Of a DNA stretch of 31,804 nt, positions 9,436-18,392 are shown piece after piece. The notes beneath the pieces were generated by a model. It did not search any database and was not told the DNA's origin. It saw only the letters and a list, made by a program, of their open reading frames with translations. The position numbers and the translations under genes are program-made. Each line of letters opens with the position of its first letter. Within the stretch, counting starts at the first letter, position 1. The DNA is taken from NCBI GenBank assembly GCA_016278585.1, contig JADQBO010000484.1, positions 1 through 31,804 on the forward strand. The letters are read 5' to 3'. The stretch comes from Desulfosporosinus sp. (GTDB taxonomy: Bacteria > Bacillota > Desulfitobacteriia > Desulfitobacteriales > Desulfitobacteriaceae).

Positions 9436-10869
9436 TTACTTTTTAATCTGCCACCTTGCGCCTTGCGGAGTATCCTCAATTACAATTCCTTTTTCTTTGA
9501 ACACATCCCGGATAAAGTCCGCCATTTCCCAATCTTTTTTCTGACGTGATCGTGAACGGATCTGTAGGACTGCATCCATAACCTGGGTTAATATCTCATC
9601 GTTTTCGACATGAACTTGGGCTGGATGAAGTAAGTCAAATCCTAAAACATCTCCAAGTTCTACTAAAGTCTTTTGGGCTTGGGCCAATCCTTCTGAATGG
9701 GCAGGATTCTCCTGAACATAAGCATTCATGGTTTTAGCCAATTCAAAAAGGGCTGCATAAGCTAGAGCGGAATTGAAATCATCATCCATAGCCTTTTCAA
9801 AGGCTTGACGTGCTTCTCCAGCTGCCTTAATCAACTCTTCTTGGCTCTGTCCATTGACAGCATTTCCTTTTCGATCCATTGCCTCCTGAGCTAACCGAAC
9901 ACTGGTTTGCAACCGCTCCAATCCCTTTTGAGCCATGATCAAATTTTGATCATTAAAATCTAAAGGACTACGATAGTGAGTTCCTAGTAAATAAAACCGG
10001 ATGACTTCGCCTGGAGAATTAACCAATAACTCGCGGATTGTAAAGAAATTTCCCAAGGACTTGGACATTTTTTCTTGATTGATGGTCAGAAACGCATTGT
10101 GCATCCAATAACGAGCAAAGGTCTTGCCTTTCAAGTACCCTTCGGTTTGGGCAATCTCATTTTCGTGGTGAGGGAACGCCAGATCTTCCCCACCACCGTG
10201 AATATCAAATCCCGCGCCTAGATATTTCAAGGACATGGCTGTACACTCAATATGCCAGCCTGGACGCCCTTCACCCCATGGACTTTTCCAAGCTGGTTCT
10301 CCTGGCTTAGCCTTTTTCCAAAGCGCAAAATCCATAGGATGCTTTTTACGTTCATCCACTTCCACTCGTGCGCCAGCCTTCATATCCTCAAGGGATCTAC
10401 CAGAGAGTTTCCCGTAGTTAGGAAAATGATCCACCGAAAAGTACACATCCCCATCCACTTCATACCCTAACCCCATATCAATAAGGCCCTGAATTATCTC
10501 AATCATCTCAGGAATATGCTCTGTAGCCTTTGGATGAATGGTTGCCGGTAAAAGGTTTAGGGCTTTAGCATCTTTAAAGTATTCCCCAATATATTTTTGA
10601 CCCAAGGCCAAGGGGTCCATCCCTTCGACATTCCCTCTTTGAATGATTTTATCATCCACATCCGTAAAATTTTGGACGTAACGAACATCGTACCCCTTAT
10701 AAGAAAAATATCGCCTAATCATATCGAATACAACAAACATTCTCGCATTCCCAGCATGGAAGTAATTATAGGTCGTCGGACCGCATACGTACATCGCAAC
10801 CTTCCCGCTCTCTCTTGGTTGAAACTCCTCTTTTTGACGAGTCATGGTGTTGTACAATTTCAAAGACAT
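9436..10869 (-). CDS. cysS: Cysteine--tRNA ligase
   Basis: [43 protein letters not shown]...[17 protein letters not shown]...KMSKSLGNF. Confidence 0.98.
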   Translation of the reverse strand: MSLKLYNTMTRQKEEFQPRESGKVAMYVCGPTTYNYFHAGNARMFVVFDMIRRYFSYKGYDVRYVQNFTDVDDKIIQRGNVEGMDPLALGQKYIGEYFKDAKALNLLPATIHPKATEHIPEMIEIIQGLIDMGLGYEVDGDVYFSVDHFPNYGKLSGRSLEDMKAGARVEVDERKKHPMDFALWKKAKPGEPAWKSPWGEGRPGWHIECTAMSLKYLGAGFDIHGGGEDLAFPHHENEIAQTEGYLKGKTFARYWMHNAFLTINQEKMSKSLGNFFTIRELLVNSPGEVIRFYLLGTHYRSPLDFNDQNLIMAQKGLERLQTSVRLAQEAMDRKGNAVNGQSQEELIKAAGEARQAFEKAMDDDFNSALAYAALFELAKTMNAYVQENPAHSEGLAQAQKTLVELGDVLGFDLLHPAQVHVENDEILTQVMDAVLQIRSRSRQKKDWEMADFIRDVFKEKGIVIEDTPQGARWQIKK

Positions 10870-11512
10870 TGTATCGACTCTCCTCTTCTTTTAATCGTTG
10901 TTCCAAATACTCCACTCGCTGCATTAAGCATCTTAACATCTCATTCACCGGATCTGGAAGATCATCGTGCCTTAGATCAGGATCTTTAATCGATACCCCG
11001 CGGTGAATAACAATCCGCCCTGGAACCCCCACTACTGTCGTATCACTTGGGACAGGCTTATTAACAACCGATCCCGCCCCGATTTTAACATTATCTCCAA
11101 CTTTAAAGGAACCTAATACCCTTGCCCCTGCACCAATTACCACATTATTGCCTATAGTCGGATGTCTCTTACCCTTTTCTTTACCTGTACCGCCTAACGT
11201 AACCCCTTGATATAGGGTAACATTGTCCCCGATCTCTGTAGTTTCACCTATGACCACACCTGTTCCATGGTCAATAAAGAGACCTTGCCCAATCTTGGCA
11301 CCCGGATGAATTTCAATCCCAGTCAGAAAGCGGCAGAGCTGAGAGATTAGTCGTGGTAAGAGGACCCGATTGTGAAGGTACAACCAATGGGCCATTCGGT
11401 GAAACAGCACAGCATGAAACCCTGGGTAACAAAAGATGACCTCCCAAATACTTTTTGCTGCAGGATCCCGTTCAAAAATGACTTGAATATCGCGCTTCAT
11501 CTGTCCAAACAT
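10766..11512 (-). CDS. cysE: Serine O-acetyltransferase
   Basis: [72 protein letters not shown]; left-handed beta-helix hexapeptides. Confidence 0.96.
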   Translation of the reverse strand: MFGQMKRDIQVIFERDPAAKSIWEVIFCYPGFHAVLFHRMAHWLYLHNRVLLPRLISQLCRFLTGIEIHPGAKIGQGLFIDHGTGVVIGETTEIGDNVTLYQGVTLGGTGKEKGKRHPTIGNNVVIGAGARVLGSFKVGDNVKIGAGSVVNKPVPSDTTVVGVPGRIVIHRGVSIKDPDLRHDDLPDPVNEMLRCLMQRVEYLEQRLKEEESRYNVFEIVQHHDSSKRGVSTKREREGCDVRMRSDDL

Positions 11513-11579
11513 CTATAGTTTCACCCTTTCCTCCTTATAGGTATTTTATCCTTCTTTACACAATAATAAATAGACACAA

Positions 11580-11810
11580 GAAGCGGAACCCTTCGTCCAG
11601 AGACGAAAAGTTCCGCGGTCCCACTCTGTTTGAACGAACAAGTCGTTCCAGCTTGAAGCTTTAACGCAGCTAAAACGGATTGAAATACTAATACTTCTTC
11701 CAATCAACTCCGAGACGCACTTCCAAAAAACCTTTGCAAATGGCTTCCACTGTCCCATCCTCGCTAGTCGCAATTCGTCTTTGTACTCTTTCTCATCATC
11801 GCCTAGATCA
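11580..11810 (-). promoter_or_regulatory. T-box leader (probable cysteine specificity) upstream of cysE-cysS
   Basis: Minus strand has AGAGTGGGACCGCGG (T-box sequence), terminator stem GCGGAAC...GTTCCGC, Stem I-like GATGATGAGAAAGAGTAC...GGATGGGACAGTGGAAGC, and a candidate UGC specifier in GGAAGTGCGTC. Confidence 0.9.
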
Positions 11811-11845
11811 TATTAAGATAAAAATAATAACATAGTTTGCATTTT

Positions 11846-11874
11846 ATTATAGGTTAGTTCCCAATCTCTGTCAA
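11846..11874 (-). promoter_or_regulatory. Consensus promoter driving the T-box/cysE/cysS transcript
   Basis: TTGACA (11869-11874), 17-nt spacer, TATAAT (11846-11851) on the minus strand. Confidence 0.85.
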
Positions 11875-11889
11875 TAATCATTAACGTTC

Positions 11890-13353
11890 CTAACTCAAAT
11901 AACGAGTCTCTGAGACGGCAATCCGCCCTAGTACATTCTCACGTCCTAACAACGGGATGATATCATAAAGTTCCGGTCCATGCATCTGCCCGGTCAAAGC
12001 CACTCGAACTGGCATATAGACGAGCTTACCCCCGAGCTTTAGTTCCTTTGTCATTTGTTTTAGAAGCACTTTCACACTAGGGCCAGAAAGCAAGTCTATC
12101 TCCCGTACTTTCTCCCCAAACAAGGCTAAAACGGCGGGTACCTGTTCCCCCCCTAGCACCTCTAAGGCTTCTCCTTCAGGCTCAAGTGGAACGTCACCAT
12201 GGAAGTAATGGATAAAGTCCTTCCCTTCTGCCAAATAGGATAGTTTCTCTGAGATAGCTCCGATAAAGCCAATCAACCATTGCTGTTGTTCGGCTGACCG
12301 CTCCTCATATGGAAGAATGCCCAATTCCTGAACATGAGGTAATACTAACTCTGCCAATCGTTCAGGCAAGGTCTTTTTAATGTAATGGGCATTAATATAA
12401 TTCAGCTTATGTCTGTCAAAAACTGCAGGACTTTTGGAAACCCGATCCAATGAAAAAGCCTCCGTCAATTCATCAAGGGTATAAAATTCTTCCTCTCCTG
12501 ATGGTGACCAACCAAGCAGAGCAATAAAATTAACGATGGCTTCCGGGAGATACCCTTTCTTCCAGTAATCTATCACGGCAGTATCCCCATCTCGCTTGCT
12601 CATTTTTCCACCATCCGTATTAAGGATTAGGGAAATATGTGCAAATTGAGGTGATGATACCCCTAATGCTTGATAAATCAACACTTGCCGTGGGGTATTG
12701 GATAGGTGTTCTTCCCCCCGAATAACATGAGTAATGGCCATGGTGATATCATCAACCACGACGGCAAAATTATAGGTGGGAATCCCATCTGATTTAACGA
12801 TAACGTAATCTCCAATCCCATTGCTCTCGAACACAACCTCCCCACGCACCTGATCTGAAATACGGATTGCCTCTCCTTCTGGCACACGGAAACGTACCAC
12901 AGGTTTTCGTCCTTCGAGCTCTAGAGCGGTTCGTTGCTCTAAGGTTAATTGACGACACTTGCCTAAATAGCGAGGGGTTTCCCCTTTGGCAATTAGACTT
13001 TCTCTTTCTTGTTCCAACTCTTCTTCCGTACAGTAACAATAGTAAGCATGTCCGCTGGTCATTAAGGTCTCTGTATACTCCTTGTAAAGTGCCAAGCGAT
13101 CTGTCTGGCGATAAGGCCCATGCTCCCCGCCAGCCTCGATACCCTCATCCCATTGAATATTTAACCATCGAAGGGCTTCCAGTATATTATGTTCTGATTC
13201 TCTGCTTGAACGTTCTAAGTCGGTATCCTCACTCCGGACGATAAATGTCCCCTTGTTCTTACGTGCCCATAAATAATTAAATAAAGCCGATCTTGCCCCT
13301 CCGATGTGAAGCGGACCTGTTGGGCTAGGTGCAAATCGAACGCGAATATTCAT
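11890..13353 (-). CDS. gltX: Glutamate--tRNA ligase
   Basis: [35 protein letters not shown]...GGKMSKRDGDTAV. Confidence 0.98.
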   Translation of the reverse strand: MNIRVRFAPSPTGPLHIGGARSALFNYLWARKNKGTFIVRSEDTDLERSSRESEHNILEALRWLNIQWDEGIEAGGEHGPYRQTDRLALYKEYTETLMTSGHAYYCYCTEEELEQERESLIAKGETPRYLGKCRQLTLEQRTALELEGRKPVVRFRVPEGEAIRISDQVRGEVVFESNGIGDYVIVKSDGIPTYNFAVVVDDITMAITHVIRGEEHLSNTPRQVLIYQALGVSSPQFAHISLILNTDGGKMSKRDGDTAVIDYWKKGYLPEAIVNFIALLGWSPSGEEEFYTLDELTEAFSLDRVSKSPAVFDRHKLNYINAHYIKKTLPERLAELVLPHVQELGILPYEERSAEQQQWLIGFIGAISEKLSYLAEGKDFIHYFHGDVPLEPEGEALEVLGGEQVPAVLALFGEKVREIDLLSGPSVKVLLKQMTKELKLGGKLVYMPVRVALTGQMHGPELYDIIPLLGRENVLGRIAVSETRYLS

Positions 13354-13841
13354 CACTTATCCTCCACCTTTATTAAACTAACCATTGCCTGAGCGCCGAT
13401 TCCTTCTTCTCTACCCACAAAACCTAATCGTTCCGTGGTTGTTGCTTTCACTGAAACACATGATTCCTCTAAATTAAGCGCACGCGAAAGATTCATGCGC
13501 ATCTTTGAGATAAACGGGGCAAGTTTCGGACGCTCTGCCATAATAATACTATCTAAATTTCCAACGCGATACCCCTGGGATTCGATTAGTTTCATAACCT
13601 GCTTTAACAGAGAGAGACTTGAAATCCCACGATAACGAGGATCATTATCTGGAAAATGACCTCCTATATCCCCTAAGGCCAAGGCCCCCAAAAGCGCATC
13701 CATAATCGCATGAGTCAGAACATCCGCATCTGAGTGCCCGAGCAAACCACGCTCATGGGGAATTTTTACTCCCCCAAGAATCAATGACCGCCCCTCCACC
13801 AAAGCGTGAACATCATAACCAATTCCTACTTTAATAGTCAA
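13353..13841 (-). CDS. ispF: 2-C-methyl-D-erythritol 2,4-cyclodiphosphate synthase (probable TTG start at 13841; ORF track uses 13883)
   Basis: [62 protein letters not shown]. Confidence 0.95.
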   Translation of the reverse strand: MTIKVGIGYDVHALVEGRSLILGGVKIPHERGLLGHSDADVLTHAIMDALLGALALGDIGGHFPDNDPRYRGISSLSLLKQVMKLIESQGYRVGNLDSIIMAERPKLAPFISKMRMNLSRALNLEESCVSVKATTTERLGFVGREEGIGAQAMVSLIKVEDK

Positions 13842-14007
13842 CACCCCCTTCGCGAAGTTCGAGGTTCGAGGTTCGACACTCAAGATCGAATTCCGGGCAA
13901 CAAACGTCGATTACGTATATCAGTACATTCTTCACCTATGCCTCATTCCCCTTGCATCACACATTGAGCCTCTCCCCATGTCGAGCATCAACCACCCGAT
14001 GTGGGTT

Positions 14008-14706
14008 TTACTTTTCCCTTTGCGCAAGGATCCGCTCAGCTAACCACAAGTCCTCGGGCGTCGTGATCTTAATATTTTCCTGCATACCGTCTACTATCTG
14101 CACAGGATACCCCACCCATTCTAACAAAGATGCATCATCTGTGCCATAGTATCCTGCGGAAACCGCTTTTTGATGAGCATCTTCCAATATCCCTCGGTTA
14201 AAGATTTGGGGGGTTTGAACGGCACGCAAATGTTCACGCGGAAGGGTTTCGAGCACATTTCCGGCTAGGTTAACTCGCTTTACCGTATCCTTAAGGGAAA
14301 CTCCCATAATGGCCGCAGAGTACTCTTGTGTTTCTTCAAGGAATTGGTGAAATATGGGTAATGTTAAAAGGGGCCTCGCCCCATCATGCACCACTATCCG
14401 TTGAATAATGGGACTTAGAGCTCGAACCCCCGCATAAACAGAATCTTGGCGTAACGCTCCACCTTTGCAGATCGCTACAACTTTCTTGAATTCATGCTGA
14501 TCAACAAGGTCTTCTATAACAGAAATATCACCTTCCGCTCCTACAATAACAATTTCAGAAACAACGTTGGATTTCTCAAATAGTCTTACTGTGTGAGCTA
14601 AAATAGGTTGTCCCTTTAATATCAGAAATTGTTTGTTATGTCCGGCCCTCATCCGTTTGCCTTGACCGGCTGCAGGAATAACAATTCCGATTTTAGCCAA
14701 TCGCAT
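14008..14706 (-). CDS. ispD: 2-C-methyl-D-erythritol 4-phosphate cytidylyltransferase
   Basis: IVIPAAGQGKRMRAGHNKQFLILKGQPILAHTV...VHDGARPL...VQTPQIFNRGIL. Confidence 0.95.
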   Translation of the reverse strand: MRLAKIGIVIPAAGQGKRMRAGHNKQFLILKGQPILAHTVRLFEKSNVVSEIVIVGAEGDISVIEDLVDQHEFKKVVAICKGGALRQDSVYAGVRALSPIIQRIVVHDGARPLLTLPIFHQFLEETQEYSAAIMGVSLKDTVKRVNLAGNVLETLPREHLRAVQTPQIFNRGILEDAHQKAVSAGYYGTDDASLLEWVGYPVQIVDGMQENIKITTPEDLWLAERILAQREK

Positions 14707-15880
14707 TCACCTCATCCGTCGGACGAAGACCCATCGGCTTTTTTTCCATCGAGGATTTTGGCTTAGCAAAAATCATTCGCCCTGCAGCCGTTTGGAGAAC
14801 ACTGGTTACTAAAACAACAACATTTTGTCCCATGTACCTCCGTCCCATATCCACAACAATCATCGTTCCATCGTCAAGATATGCGACACCCTGTCCAGGC
14901 TCTTTTCCTTCTTTCATTACTTGAACTAACATTTCTTCTCCAGGTAAAACAATGGGTTTAAGAGCATTAGCTAATTCATTAATATTTAGAACCTTAACCC
15001 CTTGAAGTTCTGCCACTTTGTTGAGATTATAATCATTAGTCAATAGAGGAGACCCTAGGACTTGCCCTAACCGTACCAGCTTACTATCCACTTCATTTAT
15101 ATCGTCGAAATCCTGTTCATGAATATGCACTTTGATAACCGTTTCCTTGGAAATCTGATTTAGAATATCAAGCCCTCTGCGCCCACGATTTCGTTTAAGT
15201 AAGTCCGAAGAATCAGCAATATGCCGAAGTTCTTCTAGAACGAAACTTGGAATGAGCAATATCCCTTCCACAAATCCAGTTTTAACAATATCTGCGATCC
15301 GACCATCAATTATCACACTAGTATCGAGTATTTTATAACTCAATGACTCTCGGGAACGGTTACCCTTACTGTCCTTGTGTTTATCTTGCTTATCCGGTTT
15401 ATCAGCCTTATCGGCCTTATCTCCACGATCGCGGAATTTAGGGAGAAAGTTAAGAAATCCCAAGACATCCTCTTTTCGTTTCATACCGATTGTCAGACCT
15501 AGATAACCTAGAAAGAGGCTTAGCAGGACCGCCAAAAGGGGTCCGAAGAATTTAATGTTGACAAATGAATTACCAAATAAACTCGCAATAATAAGTCCAA
15601 TGATTCCTCCAATGGCCCCACCCATAAGATCATATGTAGGGACACCAGTTAAACGTAAATCCATCCAACGCATTAAAGCAATAAAAGAGCGAATACTAAT
15701 CGGAGCAACTAAAAAACCTATGATGCCAAATAAAATACTCATTATGGCGTATGACCAGACAGGGGAGCCGTTCCATCCAAGGGTTTTCAAGAAATCGAGG
15801 CTTATAAGTATATAGTTGAGATAAAATCCTACCGCCCCTAACAACAGAGTGATGATCCCGCGTATTAAATTGCGAATCAT
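14693..15880 (-). CDS. PIN/TRAM domain membrane protein (YacL-like)
   Basis: N-terminal TM helices, KILDTSVIIDGRIADIVKTGFVEGILLIPSFVLEELRHIADSSDLLKRNRGRRGLDIL (PIN), C-terminal GQGVAYLDDGTMIVVDMGRRYMGQNVVVLVTSVLQTAAGRMIFAK (TRAM). Confidence 0.93.
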   Translation of the reverse strand: MIRNLIRGIITLLLGAVGFYLNYILISLDFLKTLGWNGSPVWSYAIMSILFGIIGFLVAPISIRSFIALMRWMDLRLTGVPTYDLMGGAIGGIIGLIIASLFGNSFVNIKFFGPLLAVLLSLFLGYLGLTIGMKRKEDVLGFLNFLPKFRDRGDKADKADKPDKQDKHKDSKGNRSRESLSYKILDTSVIIDGRIADIVKTGFVEGILLIPSFVLEELRHIADSSDLLKRNRGRRGLDILNQISKETVIKVHIHEQDFDDINEVDSKLVRLGQVLGSPLLTNDYNLNKVAELQGVKVLNINELANALKPIVLPGEEMLVQVMKEGKEPGQGVAYLDDGTMIVVDMGRRYMGQNVVVLVTSVLQTAAGRMIFAKPKSSMEKKPMGLRPTDEVNAIG

Positions 15881-16181
15881 CGTTTCACCTCCTTTTATCC
15901 TATTTTAACTAAAAGTCTTTCCAATTATACTGTGGTTTTCATTATTTTTCAACCAAAGTAAATTTAATCCTTTTTTAAAGGTATCTTACATTAAATTGAC
16001 TGTAAGTAACTCGTTACAGTATAAGGCTGTACCCCACAAACGCCTTGTTGATTTTATGGCGAATTTAAATCAAAAACGTCCTGCTTAAGTCATGGCAGTT
16101 TTTTAAAGTTAATTTTCAACGCGTAAAGTACGATAATATATCTTGAACAGCCATGACTTCAATAAGACGTTAAAGAGAAAT

Positions 16182-16664
16182 CTAAGCCAAAACCAAAGCA
16201 GATGAAAGCCATCGTCTAACTGATTCTTCTTCAGATCCCTCAGTTAAAACAAGTTCACTAATCAAAATCTGGCAGGCATTTTCGTACATCTTCTTTTCCC
16301 CCGTAGAAAGGCCTTTCTCGTTATCTCTTTGCGCAAGGCTCCGAACGACATTTGCAACCTCAAAAATATTCCCACTTTTGATCTTTTCTAAGTTGGCACG
16401 ATAGCGCCGATTCCAGGCTAAGGTAGCTGCCGTGTCTTTAGTCTTCAGTACTTCTAAAACATCTTTAACCATGGTAGGCGAAATAACTTGCCTTAAGCCA
16501 AGGTTCTCCACGTTGTTCAAGGGAATAAACAATTTCATATTCCCCACTGGTAAATGCATGACATAATATTGGCTTTTTTCTCCAAGAACTTCCCGTTCTT
16601 CAATCGACTCAATAATTCCGGCACCGTGCATCGGATATACAACTTTGTCACCAACCTTAAACAT
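16182..16664 (-). CDS. CarD/CdnL-family transcriptional regulator
   Basis: MFKVGDKVVYPMHGAGIIESIEEREVLGEKSQYYVMHLPVGNMKLFIPLNNVENLGLRQVI. Confidence 0.93.
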   Translation of the reverse strand: MFKVGDKVVYPMHGAGIIESIEEREVLGEKSQYYVMHLPVGNMKLFIPLNNVENLGLRQVISPTMVKDVLEVLKTKDTAATLAWNRRYRANLEKIKSGNIFEVANVVRSLAQRDNEKGLSTGEKKMYENACQILISELVLTEGSEEESVRRWLSSALVLA

Positions 16665-16786
16665 TCGGCCACCCCCTTATCTATACATTATAGCAAGGAA
16701 CATAGCCCGGGTCAAAATTTTAAAATTATATCATACAAGTCTTTAGCCTGTCAATTTCCCTTTTTCAACCTTGATTCAGTTGAAAA

Positions 16787-16816
16787 TTGACAACTGCCCA
16801 GCCAGCTCGGTATAAT
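16787..16816 (+). promoter_or_regulatory. Consensus promoter for the plus-strand gene at 16849
   Basis: TTGACA (16787-16792), 18-nt spacer, TATAAT (16811-16816). Confidence 0.8.
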
Positions 16817-16848
16817 AGAGATGGCAGAAAGGAGTGAGGATAGCACAC

Positions 16849-17241
16849 ATGGAGCAACTCACTGACCAATTCCAAGACACGGTAAAGTCTCTGTTGATCA
16901 GGCATCAAAGCATTTTGGATATCTTGACCAAAGGGCAAGAAACTTCAGCGCGTGTTAACCGAGCCGTCGTCAAATCTGTGACAAGCTGTGGTTGCCATGC
17001 AGTGAATGCGCGTAAGAAATCCTTACCCACTGATGCAAGCCTCGCTGATTTAAAAGAGCTTTTGGACAGCCAGCTTGAAGGAGTCGTTTGTGATAATTGC
17101 CGAGATATTATAGAAGCAGAAATAGGTAAGCAACTCTTTTATATTGCGGCACTATCTAACGCCTTGGATATCTCGCTGACCGATGTCCTAGACCAAGAAC
17201 ACAAAAAACTCCAGACTTTAACAATTTTCAATTTGACGTAA
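16849..17241 (+). CDS. Conserved hypothetical protein of unknown function; GTG start at 16834 in the ORF track is less likely
   Basis: MEQLTDQFQDTVKSLLIRHQSILDILTK...SVTSCGCHAVNARKK...CDNCRDIIEAEIGKQLFYIAALSNALDISLTDVLDQEHKKLQTLTIFNLT; AAGGAG ribosome-binding site before ATG at 16849. Only plus-strand gene with good support. Confidence 0.85.
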   Translation: MEQLTDQFQDTVKSLLIRHQSILDILTKGQETSARVNRAVVKSVTSCGCHAVNARKKSLPTDASLADLKELLDSQLEGVVCDNCRDIIEAEIGKQLFYIAALSNALDISLTDVLDQEHKKLQTLTIFNLT

Positions 17242-17279
17242 GTCATTGCCCCATTTATGTAATAGGTTTAAAGTAATTA

Positions 17280-17300
17280 AGCTCCTGCCTTGCAGGAGCT
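17280..17300. terminator. Hairpin between convergent genes, probable bidirectional terminator
   Basis: AGCTCCTGC-CTT-GCAGGAGCT, 9-bp perfect stem. Confidence 0.6.
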
Positions 17301-17329
17301 ATTATATTGATGTAACCTTTTAACTTTAA

Positions 17330-17488
17330 TTATAAAGGTTTGACCATTTTTTTACCAGCTCCACATAACGGGCATTTCCAGGTGTCCGGCAACTCCTCAA
17401 AAGGAACACCTTTTGGTATTTTACTTTTCTTACAGCCTTTTTCCGGATTATAGATATACCCACAACTTGGCATTTGACATTGCCACAT
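17330..17488 (-). CDS. Rubredoxin-like protein with CX4C first knuckle
   Basis: MWQCQMPSCGYIYNPEKGCKKSKIPKGVPFEELPDTWKCPLCGAGKKMVKPL; CGYIYNP, PF..LPD.W.CP.CG core. Confidence 0.93.
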   Translation of the reverse strand: MWQCQMPSCGYIYNPEKGCKKSKIPKGVPFEELPDTWKCPLCGAGKKMVKPL

Positions 17489-17603
17489 TTTACTTTCTTC
17501 GCTCAATTCTACTCTCACCTCCGGTCAATAGTTTATCACTAAGTGATTAAAACTCCAATTAGTATTGAAAACTAAAAAGCACAAAACAAAGAATGCTTTT
17601 CTT

Positions 17604-17647
17604 ATAACGAATAGCCCTTGCCTCTAATGTCAAGGGCTATTCGTTAT
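17604..17647. terminator. Long perfect hairpin downstream of the BcrA/HgdC-like gene; possible terminator
   Basis: ATAACGAATAGCCCTTG / CAAGGGCTATTCGTTAT, 17-bp perfect stem with 10-nt loop CCTCTAATGT. Confidence 0.55.
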
Positions 17648-17651
17648 TTTG

Positions 17652-18392
17652 TTATGCAAGTAATGCCGCACCTAAAGCAACCGTCAATTCCGGCTCCGGT
17701 GGGATCACGACGTTTTCCTTTAACTCTCCCTCGAGAAAACGAACAAGGAGGCTGTAATGGGCCCCTCCCCCAGTAAAAATTAAACATTTCGGATGTCCAA
17801 CAGACTCCACAAAATTAGCAAGACGTTTTGCCGTACTTTTAAAAAGTCCCGCAATCACTTCAGGTTTGGGGATTCCTTTAGCAATCATTGTGATAACTTC
17901 TGATTCGGCAAACACAGTACACATGGAATTAATAGGCATTGGCTTAGCCTCCGCAGCTAAATCCAACTCCTCAGTCGTTAGATCTAACCCCTTCAGGATA
18001 ATATCTAAAAAACGCCCGGTCCCAGCAGCACACTTATCATTCATGATAAACTGAACGACCTTGCCCTCGGAATTTTTTCGAATAACCTTAGCGTCTTGCC
18101 CACCTAAGTCGAGAATGTACGAATCATCCGGGAAATAAGCATGACACCCTCTACTCTGGCAAGTAATTTCTGTCATTACCCGTCCTTCAGGAAAGTTTAC
18201 TCGCCCATACCCTGTGACCACAAGCTTTTTCGGTTTTTCTCCATTTTCCGCGACATAGGACTTTAGAAGAGTAAGACCTGCTTGCACGGAATCGAAACGG
18301 GAGGGTACAACTTGGCTGTATACCCGCTCCCCGTTTTGTAACACAACCAACTTTGTATTAACTGAGCCTAGATCTAGTCCAGCTTGTTTCAT
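17652..18392 (-). CDS. BcrA/BadF/HgdC-type activator ATPase (ATP-dependent reductase)
   Basis: MKQAGLDLGSVNTKLVVLQNG...TEITCQSRGCHAYFPDDSYILDLGGQDAKVIRKN...FIMNDKCAAGTGRFLDIILKGLDL. Confidence 0.93.
   Translation of the reverse strand: MKQAGLDLGSVNTKLVVLQNGERVYSQVVPSRFDSVQAGLTLLKSYVAENGEKPKKLVVTGYGRVNFPEGRVMTEITCQSRGCHAYFPDDSYILDLGGQDAKVIRKNSEGKVVQFIMNDKCAAGTGRFLDIILKGLDLTTEELDLAAEAKPMPINSMCTVFAESEVITMIAKGIPKPEVIAGLFKSTAKRLANFVESVGHPKCLIFTGGGAHYSLLVRFLEGELKENVVIPPEPELTVALGAALLA

Noticed and set aside
11521-11773. Minus-strand ORFs 11521..11703 and 11546..11773
   Set aside because: They fall inside the T-box leader RNA, including its conserved box and terminator.
13862-13886. Tandem GTTCGAG-GTTCGAG-GTTCGAC next to the ispF start
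   Set aside because: Only three short heptamer copies, in the likely untranslated region created by choosing the TTG start; too small to call a repeat element or CRISPR.
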